Of a stretch of 64,000 bases of DNA, positions 46,177-55,858 are shown piece by piece. Both the position numbers and the translations under genes were made by a program. The first letter of the stretch is position 1; each line of letters opens with the position of its first letter. Source of the stretch: Nanobdellota archaeon (lineage in GTDB: Archaea > Nanobdellota > Nanobdellia > Pacearchaeales > GW2011-AR1); assembly GCA_038045765.1 (NCBI GenBank), contig JBBSXN010000003.1:94356-158355 (forward strand), in the 5' to 3' direction. The notes below the pieces were generated by a model. The model was not told the origin of the DNA. It was given only the letters and a program-made list of their open reading frames with translations, and did not search any database.

Positions 46177-46674
46177 ATGGAAAATAAAAAGCTAGGAGTG
46201 TTATTGATGGTTATCGCATTGGTTGTTGGGGGATTGTTCATTTATTATAATGAAAAATTAAGTGAACAAAGTTTGGAGATGGGATGTTTTCCAAATCAAG
46301 ATTGTATTAAGATTGAGAGGACCTTATCTTTTACTCATTTGGCAGTAGGAGTATTTTCTTTTATCTTAGCTCTTGGATTTTATTTGCTATTATTTAACAA
46401 GACTGAGAAAGCAATTATTGAAAGACTTGAAAATGATAAAAATGAAAAGATTCAAGATGCTAGATTTGAAATGCTTTTGAGAGCACTTGATCCATTTGAG
46501 CAAAAAGTAGTCAAGATGGTGCGTGAACAACCTGGAATTACTCAGAGTACTTTACGCATTAAAGCAGAGATGTCTAAAGCCAAGTTAAGTTATGTTCTTC
46601 AGGAACTTGAAAAAAGAGGAATAATAAAAAGGATTGAGAAAGGTAAGACTCTGTCTATTTATTTGAAAGTATGA
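46177..46674 (+). CDS. membrane-tethered winged-helix regulator (paralog of 43988..44476)
   Basis: TM1, Cys loop (MGCFPNQDCIKIE), TM2, then the wHTH ITQSTLRIKAEMSKAKLSYVLQELEKRGIIKRIEKG. ATG at 46177 preferred over the tracked TTG at 46171. Confidence 0.6.
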   Translation: MENKKLGVLLMVIALVVGGLFIYYNEKLSEQSLEMGCFPNQDCIKIERTLSFTHLAVGVFSFILALGFYLLLFNKTEKAIIERLENDKNEKIQDARFEMLLRALDPFEQKVVKMVREQPGITQSTLRIKAEMSKAKLSYVLQELEKRGIIKRIEKGKTLSIYLKV

Positions 46675-46694
46675 GTCATATTTAAAAAGTTATT

Positions 46695-47129
46695 GTGCTT
46701 AAGCAAAGAGTGATTAAACATTATCAAATTCGCAATGTGTATCCTTTGATAGGAACAATTATTTCAGGCATACTCTTCTTTTTTTATTGGGATGGTGGTT
46801 TAAAAAAATTTATTTCATTATTCTTAATGATTTTAGGCCTTATTATTTGGTGGGTAGCATCAATCACACTTGGAAAATATTTTTCTATAATGCCTAAAGC
46901 TAGTGGCCTTATTCAGACAGGTATTTATTCAAAAATTAGAAATCCTATTTATGTAGGGGTTTCTCTAACTGGAATTGGATGGGCAGTATTGACCCAAAAT
47001 AGTTTACTAATTTTACTAGCTTTTGCTACGGTGGTCAGCTCATTTGTTAGGGCAAAGTTAGAAGAAGAAAAGCTTTTTAAAAAATTTGGAAAGAAATATT
47101 TAGATTATAAGGAAAAAACTTGGTTCTAA
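46695..47129 (+). CDS. ICMT/PEMT-family membrane methyltransferase
   Basis: LIQTGIYSKIRNPIYVGVSL and EEEKLFKKFGKKYLDYK are typical of isoprenylcysteine carboxyl methyltransferase-like proteins. GTG start. Confidence 0.65.
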   Translation: MLKQRVIKHYQIRNVYPLIGTIISGILFFFYWDGGLKKFISLFLMILGLIIWWVASITLGKYFSIMPKASGLIQTGIYSKIRNPIYVGVSLTGIGWAVLTQNSLLILLAFATVVSSFVRAKLEEEKLFKKFGKKYLDYKEKTWF

Positions 47130-47234
47130 TTTGCCTTTATGAACGTTAAAAAGCTCAAATAAGGGCTTTTTAGCCATTTTAAGCTTCATCGTTCATACCC
47201 TAAATGCTATATAGCCTAATTTCTATGAGATAAT

Positions 47235-47816
47235 ATGAAAAAGATGAGTGAGTTGATAAAAATATGGAAAGAGATATTTTTCAGTATTAAATATTTAGGA
47301 ATTGCTATTTTCGGAGCTTTAATTTTTTATATTGTTAATGTTCTAATTACTAATTCTGGTAATCTGATATATAGCTTCCGTTATGAAGGAATAAGTAAGA
47401 CTCTTAGCTTGTTAAAAATATTTTTATTAACTTTTCATCAAACAATTTTACCTTCTTCAGTTATAACTCTTATTTTAATAAGTATTTTGACAGGTATTCT
47501 TATTGGATTGCTGGCTTTTCGTTTCCAGAAAGTAAATGCGTTCTCAGGCAAGGTAGGTTTCTTTACTGGAATTGGTGTTTTTCTAGGAATGCTGGCCCCT
47601 GGTTGTATATCTTGTGGAATAGGACTTTCAGGAATATTAGGTTTAGGAGCAAGTTTGGCTTTTCTCCCATTCAAAGGTCTTGAGATCAGCTTTCTTGCTA
47701 TAATCTTTCTTTTATTCTCAATAGTTAAAATATCCCTTGCAATCGTAGAACCATTAACTTGTAAAATAGACAGGAATTTATATTCACATAATATGAAAGG
47801 AGGTAATAAAAAATGA
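47235..47816 (+). CDS. polytopic membrane protein with intramembrane CxxC
   Basis: APGCISCGIGLSGILGLG sits within a hydrophobic segment. The stop overlaps the DsbA-like gene start. Confidence 0.5.
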   Translation: MKKMSELIKIWKEIFFSIKYLGIAIFGALIFYIVNVLITNSGNLIYSFRYEGISKTLSLLKIFLLTFHQTILPSSVITLILISILTGILIGLLAFRFQKVNAFSGKVGFFTGIGVFLGMLAPGCISCGIGLSGILGLGASLAFLPFKGLEISFLAIIFLLFSIVKISLAIVEPLTCKIDRNLYSHNMKGGNKK

Positions 47817-48541
47817 GTGTTGATACAATAACTATAAAGAAAGATGATCTTTGGAAGTATTCAACTTTTTTTCTTTTAGCTATTTTAATAATTGGAGGAA
47901 TTGTTGTATTTACTGGAGATAAAACTCCTACAGTATATGCTGTACCTAGTGGAAATAATGATGTTCCTGGTGCTGTAGCTAGAGCAGAAGTAAGTGCAGA
48001 TGATGATGCAGTGTTAGGAGACAAAAATGCCCCCGTAACTGTAATAGAATTTTCAGATTATCAGTGTCCTTTCTGTAGAAAATTCTGGCAAGATACTATG
48101 CCTGAATTGAAGAAAAATTATATTGATACTGGAAAAGTAAAGTTTGTTTATAGGGATTTTCCTTTAGGTTTTCATGATGGAGCAATACCTTATGCAATGG
48201 CTGCTGAATGTGCAAGAGAGAAAGGAGGAGATAAAGCTTATTTCAAAATGCATGACAAGATTTTTGCTGAGCAAAATATTTTAGATGGAGGTGGAGTAAG
48301 TTCTACAGTTCAATACCCTGGAGCAGAGACTTTGAAAAAGTGGGCTAAGGATATTGGATATGATATAGGAAGCTGTCTTGATAATGGAAAATACAAGAGT
48401 GAAATACAAAAAGATCTTACAGATGGAAGCAATTCAGGAGTTCAGGGAACGCCTGGCTTTTTCGTTAATGGGCAAGTCTTAAGTGGTGCGCAGCCGTATT
48501 CAGCTTTCAAGCAGTTAATTGATGCAGAATTAGCCAAATAA
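47813..48541 (+). CDS. DsbA-family thiol:disulfide oxidoreductase (membrane-anchored)
   Basis: EFSDYQCPFCRKFW (CPFC active site) and GTPGFFVNG (cis-Pro loop region). Confidence 0.85.
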   Translation: MSVDTITIKKDDLWKYSTFFLLAILIIGGIVVFTGDKTPTVYAVPSGNNDVPGAVARAEVSADDDAVLGDKNAPVTVIEFSDYQCPFCRKFWQDTMPELKKNYIDTGKVKFVYRDFPLGFHDGAIPYAMAAECAREKGGDKAYFKMHDKIFAEQNILDGGGVSSTVQYPGAETLKKWAKDIGYDIGSCLDNGKYKSEIQKDLTDGSNSGVQGTPGFFVNGQVLSGAQPYSAFKQLIDAELAK

Positions 48542-48611
48542 ATAACATTTTTTTATTTTTTTTTATTTTATTTGGAAAATGACTCGATAAATATAAGTTA
48601 GGAATAAAAAG

Positions 48612-49262
48612 ATGGCAAAACAATATTGTGTGATATGCGATAGAAACTTCAAGGATGAAGAGGGTTTAGCAATGCATGAAAAAGCAAAACATCCCGAAAA
48701 TGTTCCTAAAGAAATAAATGAGAATAATAAATTTAATTTTAAAAAGATTCGCAATTGGAGTGTTTTTATAGCTATCTTGATATTAATTGTATTAATGGTT
48801 TTTTATTTAATACCTGGTTATGAAATATCTAATTTGAATGTTGATAATGAAAAATTAGAATCCAATTCTATTCCTCCTGGAGCAGTTCATTGGCATCCTA
48901 GATTAAGTATAATTATTGATGGAAAGATTACTCCTTTAACAGAAAACTTAGGTCATACAGAAGGTAGAATAATCGATACTCACCTTAGTGGTATGGGTAT
49001 GTCTCCATTACACACTCATAAAGAGAAAGATGGAACAATTCATCTTGAAAATAGTAATCCTAGCTCTAAACCTGAAACATTAGCTCTGGGTTACTTTTTT
49101 TATGTTTGGGATAAGGTATTTAATTCTACTTGTATATTTGAATATTGTAATGATAAGGGGGAAATGAAAATGTTTGTGAATGGAAATGAAAATTTTGAAT
49201 TTCAGAACTATATTATGAAGGATAAAGATATTATAAAAATTGAGTATATTACTAAAAAATGA
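48612..49262 (+). CDS. C2H2 zinc-finger / TM / His-rich extracytoplasmic domain protein
   Basis: CVICDRNFKDEEGLAMHEKAKH (C2H2), one TM, then VHWHPRLSIIIDG and LHTHKEKDGTIHLE. Confidence 0.55.
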   Translation: MAKQYCVICDRNFKDEEGLAMHEKAKHPENVPKEINENNKFNFKKIRNWSVFIAILILIVLMVFYLIPGYEISNLNVDNEKLESNSIPPGAVHWHPRLSIIIDGKITPLTENLGHTEGRIIDTHLSGMGMSPLHTHKEKDGTIHLENSNPSSKPETLALGYFFYVWDKVFNSTCIFEYCNDKGEMKMFVNGNENFEFQNYIMKDKDIIKIEYITKK

Positions 49263-49302
49263 AATTCAAAAGATATAAAAATGGGAGAAATTATAAAATA
49301 AT

Positions 49303-49671
49303 ATGAATTATAAAATATTATGGGGTGTTGTTTTTTTAATTATTATTGGGGCAGGAGTATTTTTCTTAGATGGTTCTAAAAGTCAAGGAAAAAGTGTTTT
49401 AAATACTGGTGAGGTGCAATTAGTTACTTTGAGTGAAAAAAATATGAATTATTATCCTAATACTATTAATGTTAAGGTTGGACAACCAGTCAGCATCACT
49501 TTAGATTCGAGTGTTGCAGGATGTTTAAGGTCTTTCAATATAAAAGATTTAGGTGTTAAAGGATATTCACAAAATCCCGGACAAACTATTGATTTTACAC
49601 CTAGCAAGAAAGGAACTTATAGATTCGCATGTAGTATGGGAATGGGTTATGGAAATATTATTGTTGAATAA
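49303..49671 (+). CDS. cupredoxin-like domain protein (paralog 3)
   Basis: NYYPNTINVKVGQPVSITLDSSVAGCLRSFNI..KGTYRFACSMGMGYGNIIVE, close to paralog 2. Confidence 0.65.
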   Translation: MNYKILWGVVFLIIIGAGVFFLDGSKSQGKSVLNTGEVQLVTLSEKNMNYYPNTINVKVGQPVSITLDSSVAGCLRSFNIKDLGVKGYSQNPGQTIDFTPSKKGTYRFACSMGMGYGNIIVE

Positions 49672-49715
49672 TAACTATCGAAATGTTTAAATAGTTATAT
49701 GTATGATATTATCAT

Positions 49716-50087
49716 ATGATAAATAAAGCCATATTAAAAGAATGTTGTTCTGAAGGATTTACTGAGAAAGAGTTATATGATTCTTATAAAATATTTTTTG
49801 GAACCCTAAATTCTGAACCAAGATTAAGAATAATTAACTTTTTAAGAAAGGGTAAAAAGAATGTTTCAGAGATAATGGGAGAACTTACTATGGATCAGAC
49901 TTCTGTTAGTCACAATCTTGCTAGATTAAAGGAGTGTGGATTTGTCAATGTAGATATATCTGGTAAATTTAGAGATTATTCTCTAAATGAAAAAACTATC
50001 TTACCTTTAATAGAAATTATTGAAAAACACATGGGTCAGTATTGTATACATATATTGAGGGCAATGAAAGGAGAAGAGATAAAATGA
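49716..50087 (+). CDS. ArsR/SmtB-family metalloregulator
   Basis: RLRIINFLRKGKKNVSEIMGELTMDQTSVSHNLARLKECGFV. Confidence 0.85.
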   Translation: MINKAILKECCSEGFTEKELYDSYKIFFGTLNSEPRLRIINFLRKGKKNVSEIMGELTMDQTSVSHNLARLKECGFVNVDISGKFRDYSLNEKTILPLIEIIEKHMGQYCIHILRAMKGEEIK

Positions 50088-50320
50088 AAAACAAAGAAAA
50101 TATAATTACATTCTTTATTTTATTATTGGTAGTATTCTTTATTTTTGGAGGTTTTGGTATGATCAGTTTTGATAGTTATAATTCTAGTGGAATGATGGGA
50201 AATTTTGGATATGGCTTTGGTGGAATGTGGATATTTGGATTTTTATTTATGACTTTAATTTCAGTAGCTCTTGTTTTATTTATTCTATGGTTAATTAAAC
50301 AGTTGGGAGAAGGCAAATGA
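50084..50320 (+). CDS. small Gly/Phe/Met-rich membrane protein
   Basis: The internal ATG at 50084 overlaps the ArsR stop (ATGA). Two TM helices flank GMMGNFGYGFGGMW. Confidence 0.45.
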   Translation: MKNKENIITFFILLLVVFFIFGGFGMISFDSYNSSGMMGNFGYGFGGMWIFGFLFMTLISVALVLFILWLIKQLGEGK

Positions 50321-51942
50321 TATCTAAAAATAACTTATCTTATCTTATCTTAGGAGGTTTAGTTCTTTTTGGATTTTTCTATTTTATAATTGATTTATTT
50401 GGCTCTTCTATTTTATCTGAGCATTGTGCTATGTTGCCTGGTGCCGATGGATGTGAAAAATATGAAGGAGAATATACTGAAACCAGTAAGCTTTTAACAC
50501 GAGATACTACTGATCTCTCTTTGGTAAAAAAATCAACAGTATATGAAGCATCTCAAGGTAAATTAATGCAATTAAAGATTGATCCTGTTAAAAAGATGAT
50601 TGGTGGTAAAGAGATAAGAATGTATGGATATAATAGCCAAATTCCAGGTCCGTTGATAAAAGTTAGTCAAGGTGAGACGATTTATGTTAATGTTAGTAAT
50701 AATTTAGATATGGAAACCACAGTCCATTGGCATGGAATAAGACTAAAAAATCAATTTGATGGTGTGCCTCATACTACTCAAGAAGCCATTCGTCCTGGAA
50801 GTTCTTTTATGTACGAATTAACATTCCCTGATGCAGGAATTTATTGGTATCACCCTCATGTAAGGGAAGATTATCAGCAGGAATTAGGACTTTATGGGAA
50901 TATACTAGTTATCCCAGAAAAAGAAGATTATTACAATAAAGTAAATAAAGAAGAATTTATATTTTTAGATGATATTCAGATGACTGGAAATGATATAACT
51001 CCAGTTTACAAAGAAAAAATAAATCAAGTTCTAATGGGCAGATTTGGTAATACTATGCTCATAAATGGAGAAGAAAGATATGACATTAATGTAAAAAAGG
51101 GAGACGTTGTTAGATTTTATCTGACGAATGCGGCTAATACTCGGTTGTTTAACTTTTCCATAAAAGATTCTAAGTTAAAAGTGATTGGAAGTGATGGAGG
51201 CAATTATGAAAAAGAATTTCTTGCAGATTCAGTTATTATCTCGCCTTCTGAAAGAAGCGTAGTTGAAGCACTTTTCGATAAACCTGGAAATTATAATATA
51301 TTGCATACTAATCCTGATAAAACATATATTTTAGGTTCTGTAAATGTATTAAATGAAAAGACTAATATTGATTACTCTTCACAATTTAATAAAATAAAAA
51401 ATAATGAACAAGTATCAGAAAATATTGAAAAATATAAGTCATGGATTAATAATGAGCCAGATGTGAATCTAAAACTCGATGTAGACTTGCCTGGAATGCG
51501 TATGATGGGACAACATATGCAGATGAATCATGCAGATGAATCTGGATTAGAATGGGAAGATGTTATGCAAATGATGAATTTGGGTAGTTCAGACAGAGTT
51601 ATAGATTGGAAGATTACTGATATTCAGACTGGAAAATCAAATATGGATATAAAATATACTTGGAAAGTGGGTGATAAAGTTAAGATTAGAATAAAAAATG
51701 ATGAAAATTCCCCTCATCCTATGCAACATCCAATACATTTACACGGACAAAGATTCTTAGTTTTAGCAAATGACGGAGTCCCTAATGACAATATGGTTTG
51801 GAAAGATACTGTTCTTGTACCTACTGGTAAGGAAATTGAGATTTTAGTTGATATGACCAATCCCGGAAAATGGATGACTCATTGCCATATAGCAGAACAT
51901 TTAAGTGATGGAATGATGTTTGAATTTGAGGTTAAAGAATAA
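50317..51942 (+). CDS. multicopper oxidase
   Basis: All four copper motifs are present: HWHGIRL, WYHPHV, HPIHLHG and HCHIAEHLSDGMM. Confidence 0.93.
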   Translation: MISKNNLSYLILGGLVLFGFFYFIIDLFGSSILSEHCAMLPGADGCEKYEGEYTETSKLLTRDTTDLSLVKKSTVYEASQGKLMQLKIDPVKKMIGGKEIRMYGYNSQIPGPLIKVSQGETIYVNVSNNLDMETTVHWHGIRLKNQFDGVPHTTQEAIRPGSSFMYELTFPDAGIYWYHPHVREDYQQELGLYGNILVIPEKEDYYNKVNKEEFIFLDDIQMTGNDITPVYKEKINQVLMGRFGNTMLINGEERYDINVKKGDVVRFYLTNAANTRLFNFSIKDSKLKVIGSDGGNYEKEFLADSVIISPSERSVVEALFDKPGNYNILHTNPDKTYILGSVNVLNEKTNIDYSSQFNKIKNNEQVSENIEKYKSWINNEPDVNLKLDVDLPGMRMMGQHMQMNHADESGLEWEDVMQMMNLGSSDRVIDWKITDIQTGKSNMDIKYTWKVGDKVKIRIKNDENSPHPMQHPIHLHGQRFLVLANDGVPNDNMVWKDTVLVPTGKEIEILVDMTNPGKWMTHCHIAEHLSDGMMFEFEVKE

Positions 51943-51943
51943 A

Positions 51944-52156
51944 ATGAATAAAACAAAATTAACTATTGAAGGAATGCATTGTGCTAGTTGTGGTGGAAAT
52001 GTTGAGAGGGCTTTGAAGAAGATTAAAGGAGTAAATGGTGTGAGTGTTAGTGTTCTTTTGAAAAAAGCAAGTGTTGAAAGTGACATGAAGATAAGCGAGG
52101 ATGATTTGAAGAAAGCTGTTGCATCTGCAGGATATAAACTTGTGAAGGTGGAGTAA
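51944..52156 (+). CDS. copZ: heavy-metal-associated copper chaperone
   Basis: KLTIEGMHCASCGGNVERAL (GMxCxxC). ATG at 51944, just after the multicopper oxidase stop, preferred over the tracked 51920. Confidence 0.88.
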   Translation: MNKTKLTIEGMHCASCGGNVERALKKIKGVNGVSVSVLLKKASVESDMKISEDDLKKAVASAGYKLVKVE

Positions 52157-52498
52157 ATGAATAAGAAGATATTGTTAGTTTATGCATCTTTAATTGTATT
52201 TCAGTTATTACATGTCTTAGAAGAATTATATGGTCAAGCCTATTTCATAAATACAGTTTATGGGGGAACAATTAATTTCTTAGCAATTATGTTAATATTA
52301 TTAATAATCCCTATAATTTTACTTTATTTAACCTATAAAAAGAAGAAAATTGCATATTTCTTGAGTTATGGATATGCAGTTATTATAATAATGGATGGAA
52401 TTGATCATCTTATAACTCAAGTTGCTGGTGTTTATACTAGTGTAGGATTCATAATTGGAGGTATATTTTTAATATATAATTTAAAAAATGGAGCATGA
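52157..52498 (+). CDS. small polytopic membrane protein
   Basis: 113 aa with 3-4 TM helices, between copZ and copA. Confidence 0.45.
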   Translation: MNKKILLVYASLIVFQLLHVLEELYGQAYFINTVYGGTINFLAIMLILLIIPIILLYLTYKKKKIAYFLSYGYAVIIIMDGIDHLITQVAGVYTSVGFIIGGIFLIYNLKNGA

Positions 52499-54446
52499 GC
52501 ATATGCAGATGGATGGAGAAAATGTTGAAGAAGATTCTGAGATAAAGGGTTGGAAGAAAAAACTTATCTTGGCTTGGTTATTTACTATTCCTCTTGCTAT
52601 TTTGATGTATTCTGAAGATGTTTTTGGAGCAGGAATATTATCTGAGAGAAATACTCATTATGTTGTGCTTTTACTTGCTTTGCCGGTTGTTTTTTATGTA
52701 GGTTATGAGACCTTGCGTGCTGGTTTTAGAGGATTTGTTAATTTTTACTTTAGTATGGATTCTCTTATTGCTCTTGGAACTGTTGTTGCTTACCTTACTG
52801 GAATTTTACATTTAATTGATAAAAGCTTTACGGATTATTCTGGAATAAGTGCTATGATTATGGCTATTTTTATAACTGGAAAGTATATTGAGGCATTGGC
52901 TAAAGGAAGAGCAAGTCAGGAGATAAAGAAATTACTTGAGTTGGGGGCTAAAAAAGCAAGAGTTTTGAGAGGAAAAGAAGAAATTGAAATTCCTATTGAA
53001 GAAGTTAAAGTTGGAGATGTTTTAGTTGTTAAACCTGGAGAGAAAATACCTACAGATGGGATAGTTGTGAGGGGAGAGAGTTCTGTTGATGAAAGCATGG
53101 TTACTGGGGAAAGTTTGCCAGTTGATAAGAAAAAAGGAGATAATGTTATCGGAGCTACTATAAATCAAGATGGTATTTTATATGTGAAAGCTAGTAAAGT
53201 TGGAAGTGATACATTCTTAGCACATATTATTGAATTGGTTGAACAGACACAAGTTTCTAAAGTCCCAATACAGAAAGTAGCTGATAAAATAACTAATGTT
53301 TTTGTTCCAGTTATAATTGTTCTTGCTGTTTTAACTTTTGCTAATTGGTGGTTTTTTACAGATATTAGCAGAGCTTTTGGAGTTGCTATCTCTGTTTTAG
53401 TAATTGCTTGCCCGTGTTCTCTAGGACTAGCAGTTCCAATTGCTTTGATGGTTGGTTCTGGTTTAGGAGCTAAACATGGAATTTTGATTAGAAAAGGGGA
53501 AGCTATTCAAACTATGAAAGAAGTTAAGACAATTGTTTTTGATAAAACTGGAACTATAACTAAAGGTAAGCCAGAGGTTACAAATGTTTATTCTATTGTA
53601 AAAGAAAATTATTTATTGGAAGTGTGTGCTTCTCTTGAAAAATTAAGTGAACATCCTGTTGCTAAGGCTGTTGTAAATTACGTCAAGTTGAAGAAGTATA
53701 AGAAAGTTTCCCAATTTATTAATTTAAGAGGTAAAGGTGTTAAGGGAAAGATTGCTGGTAAAGAGATATTGATTGGTAATAGGCTTCTTATGAATGAAAA
53801 TAATGTTTCTTTGAAGACAATTGAAAAGATTATTGATGGTTTTGAAAAACAAGGAAAGACTACTCTAATTGCAAGTGAAAGTGGAAAAGTTCTTGGTGTT
53901 TTAGCTGTTGCAGATGCTTTGAAAGAAGATTCGATTATTGCTGTTCAAAGGCTTAAGCAGATGGGATATAAAACTGTAATGATTACTGGAGATAATGAAA
54001 GGACTGCTAATGCAATTGCTAAAGAAGTTGGAATTGATGAGGTTATTGCAAATGTTTTGCCTGAAGAAAAAGCTAAAAGAGTTGAGGAATTACAGAAAGA
54101 GGGAATGGTTGCTTTTGTTGGTGATGGTATAAATGATGCGCCTGCTTTGAAACAGAGCAATGTAGGTATTGCAATGGGAACTGGAACTGATATTGCTATT
54201 GAAGCTGGTGATTTAGTGCTTGTTAAAGGAAGTTTGATTGGTGTTGTTGAAGCTATTAATTTAAGCAAGGCTACATTTAGAAAGATTAAGCAAAATCTTT
54301 TCTGGGCCTTTGCATATAATACTATTGCTATCCCTGTTGCTGTTGCTGGTCTTCTGCCACCAGTATTTGCCGAGATTGCTATGGCTTTGTCTTCAATAAG
54401 TGTTGTTGTGAATGCTAATTTATTGAGAAGAAAGAAGATTGATTAA
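52488..54446 (+). CDS. copA: copper-translocating P1B-type ATPase (no N-terminal HMA domain)
   Basis: [19 protein letters not shown] (CPC), DKTGTITKG and VGDGINDAP. Confidence 0.95.
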   Translation: MEHEHMQMDGENVEEDSEIKGWKKKLILAWLFTIPLAILMYSEDVFGAGILSERNTHYVVLLLALPVVFYVGYETLRAGFRGFVNFYFSMDSLIALGTVVAYLTGILHLIDKSFTDYSGISAMIMAIFITGKYIEALAKGRASQEIKKLLELGAKKARVLRGKEEIEIPIEEVKVGDVLVVKPGEKIPTDGIVVRGESSVDESMVTGESLPVDKKKGDNVIGATINQDGILYVKASKVGSDTFLAHIIELVEQTQVSKVPIQKVADKITNVFVPVIIVLAVLTFANWWFFTDISRAFGVAISVLVIACPCSLGLAVPIALMVGSGLGAKHGILIRKGEAIQTMKEVKTIVFDKTGTITKGKPEVTNVYSIVKENYLLEVCASLEKLSEHPVAKAVVNYVKLKKYKKVSQFINLRGKGVKGKIAGKEILIGNRLLMNENNVSLKTIEKIIDGFEKQGKTTLIASESGKVLGVLAVADALKEDSIIAVQRLKQMGYKTVMITGDNERTANAIAKEVGIDEVIANVLPEEKAKRVEELQKEGMVAFVGDGINDAPALKQSNVGIAMGTGTDIAIEAGDLVLVKGSLIGVVEAINLSKATFRKIKQNLFWAFAYNTIAIPVAVAGLLPPVFAEIAMALSSISVVVNANLLRRKKID

Positions 54447-54481
54447 AAGAAAAAGATTTATATACATGGTGTGCACATAAC

Positions 54482-54751
54482 ATGCATATGGAAAGCAATA
54501 GTATAAGCGCAAGAATTGAACTGACTCCTTATGCAAATAAAGTCTTAGCCATTCTTAAAGCTAAATATGGTCTGAAAGATAAATCTGAAGCAATAAATAA
54601 GTTTGCAGACTTATATGGTGATGAGATATCTGAGAGAGATGCAAAAGAAGAATATGTTAAAGATATGATGAATGGTGTTAATGAACATATAAAAAAATAT
54701 AAAAATAGAAGGATGACTTCTGAAGAGCTAGATGCTCTGTTTGAGGTTTAA
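54482..54751 (+). CDS. antitoxin (DUF2683/RelB-like), second copy
   Basis: ANKVLAILKAKYGLKDKSEAINKF parallels the 6990..7250 product. Confidence 0.65.
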   Translation: MHMESNSISARIELTPYANKVLAILKAKYGLKDKSEAINKFADLYGDEISERDAKEEYVKDMMNGVNEHIKKYKNRRMTSEELDALFEV

Positions 54752-55023
54752 TGTTTGAATATGATTTTAGAGAGGAATTGAAACTTAAAATAAAGAAGAT
54801 TTTGAAAAAAGATAAGAAGAAAGCAGAAATTATTTATAAGAAAATTAAAGAGATTGTCAATAATGACTCTGAGACTATAAAAAGATACAAGAATTTGAGA
54901 CATGACTTAAGTGACTTGAAAAGAGTTCATATTGATAAGTCATTTGTACTAACTTTCAAAGTTGATATTGCCGATAACTTTATTCTCTTTTGGGATTTCG
55001 ATCATCATGATAATATCTATTGA
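54751..55023 (+). CDS. RelE/ParE-family toxin, second copy
   Basis: YKNLRHDLSDLKRVHIDKSFVLTFKVD..DFDHHDNIY. The start overlaps the antitoxin stop. Confidence 0.75.
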   Translation: MFEYDFREELKLKIKKILKKDKKKAEIIYKKIKEIVNNDSETIKRYKNLRHDLSDLKRVHIDKSFVLTFKVDIADNFILFWDFDHHDNIY

Positions 55024-55054
55024 TTAGATTACGAATAAATGATTGAAAAACTAT

Positions 55055-55390
55055 TTAGCAATCACAATCCATATCTTTATCCTTACCATTATTTGCTTTA
55101 TCTCTATTCCTTCTATAATCTTCAAATTCATCCTCATCTTCCCCTCTCTGATAAGCTAAAGTAGTCCCATTCTTGAATTTAATCTCCATTTTAACATCTT
55201 TAACACCTTCACAGAAATACATTCCCTGACCTATTTTAGATAAAGCTTTTTGATCCAATCTAGGCACTTTAGGCTTCCTGCCTAATCTCGGCATTTCTCT
55301 TTCTAATTTATATATTTTCATGAAATAACATCTCTCTACTGATAAAATTTTCAACATATCCTTCTTTGGGAATAAATACAACTCCAGCAC
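55055..55390 (-). CDS. hypothetical protein (basic N-terminus, acidic C-terminus, terminal CDC)
   Basis: ORF-track call. An internal Met at 55321 would cut the overlap with the upstream gene to 14 nt. No motif recognised. Confidence 0.35.
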   Translation of the reverse strand: MLELYLFPKKDMLKILSVERCYFMKIYKLEREMPRLGRKPKVPRLDQKALSKIGQGMYFCEGVKDVKMEIKFKNGTTLAYQRGEDEDEFEDYRRNRDKANNGKDKDMDCDC

Positions 55391-55682
55391 TCATTAACTT
55401 CCAAAACAATTTATTAATCTCTTTCTTAGATATTCTTTTATTCAATAGTTTAAAGTTATCCTTAGCTGATCTTTCAAACTCAGAATAAGGAATTAATAGA
55501 CCCATTTTATCCTCAAGATTCCTAATGGAATCATAGACAATCACTACTTTCTCAATCATATCACTATCACCTTTTTTGGACTTCTGCATGTTCTTCCTTG
55601 CATATCTCTCTATATCCTTTAAACTATTAATATCTCTAACAAACTTTCTTTTACCATGATATTTAGAATAATTATCACCCAT
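55308..55682 (-). CDS. hypothetical protein
   Basis: 124-aa ORF. No motif recognised. Confidence 0.4.
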   Translation of the reverse strand: MGDNYSKYHGKRKFVRDINSLKDIERYARKNMQKSKKGDSDMIEKVVIVYDSIRNLEDKMGLLIPYSEFERSAKDNFKLLNKRISKKEINKLFWKLMSAGVVFIPKEGYVENFISREMLFHENI

Positions 55683-55858
55683 AATACCCTCATAAAATAC
55701 CTTTTCTTTAAATATATAATAAGAAGTACAATGAGATTATCTCGCAATAATTTAATTTATATATCGAGTTACTTTTGAGTGACCCTCGGCTAGTAATTCT
55801 GAAGAGTAGTTACTTAGGATAGAATAGATTTTTATAATGATTAGTCCAAATAAGTAAC

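Noticed and set aside
47130-47234. Nested inverted repeats (TATGAACG/CGTTCATA and AAAAAGC/GCTTTTT) after the ICMT-like gene.
   Set aside because: These are most simply an intergenic terminator-like hairpin. Nothing distinguishes them from ordinary 3'-end structure.
6719-55023. The two RelE loci as boundaries of one large (about 47 kb) island.
   Set aside because: The loci are inverted relative to each other and no flanking direct repeat was seen. The interval also contains housekeeping genes (ilvE, trpBA, msrA, Dus-like), so they are better read as independent toxin-antitoxin insertions.
55055-55682. The overlapping 124-aa and 111-aa ORFs read as one frameshifted gene.
   Set aside because: No homology anchors either frame. 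An internal Met at 55321 gives an ordinary 14-nt operonic overlap, so two genes is the simpler reading.
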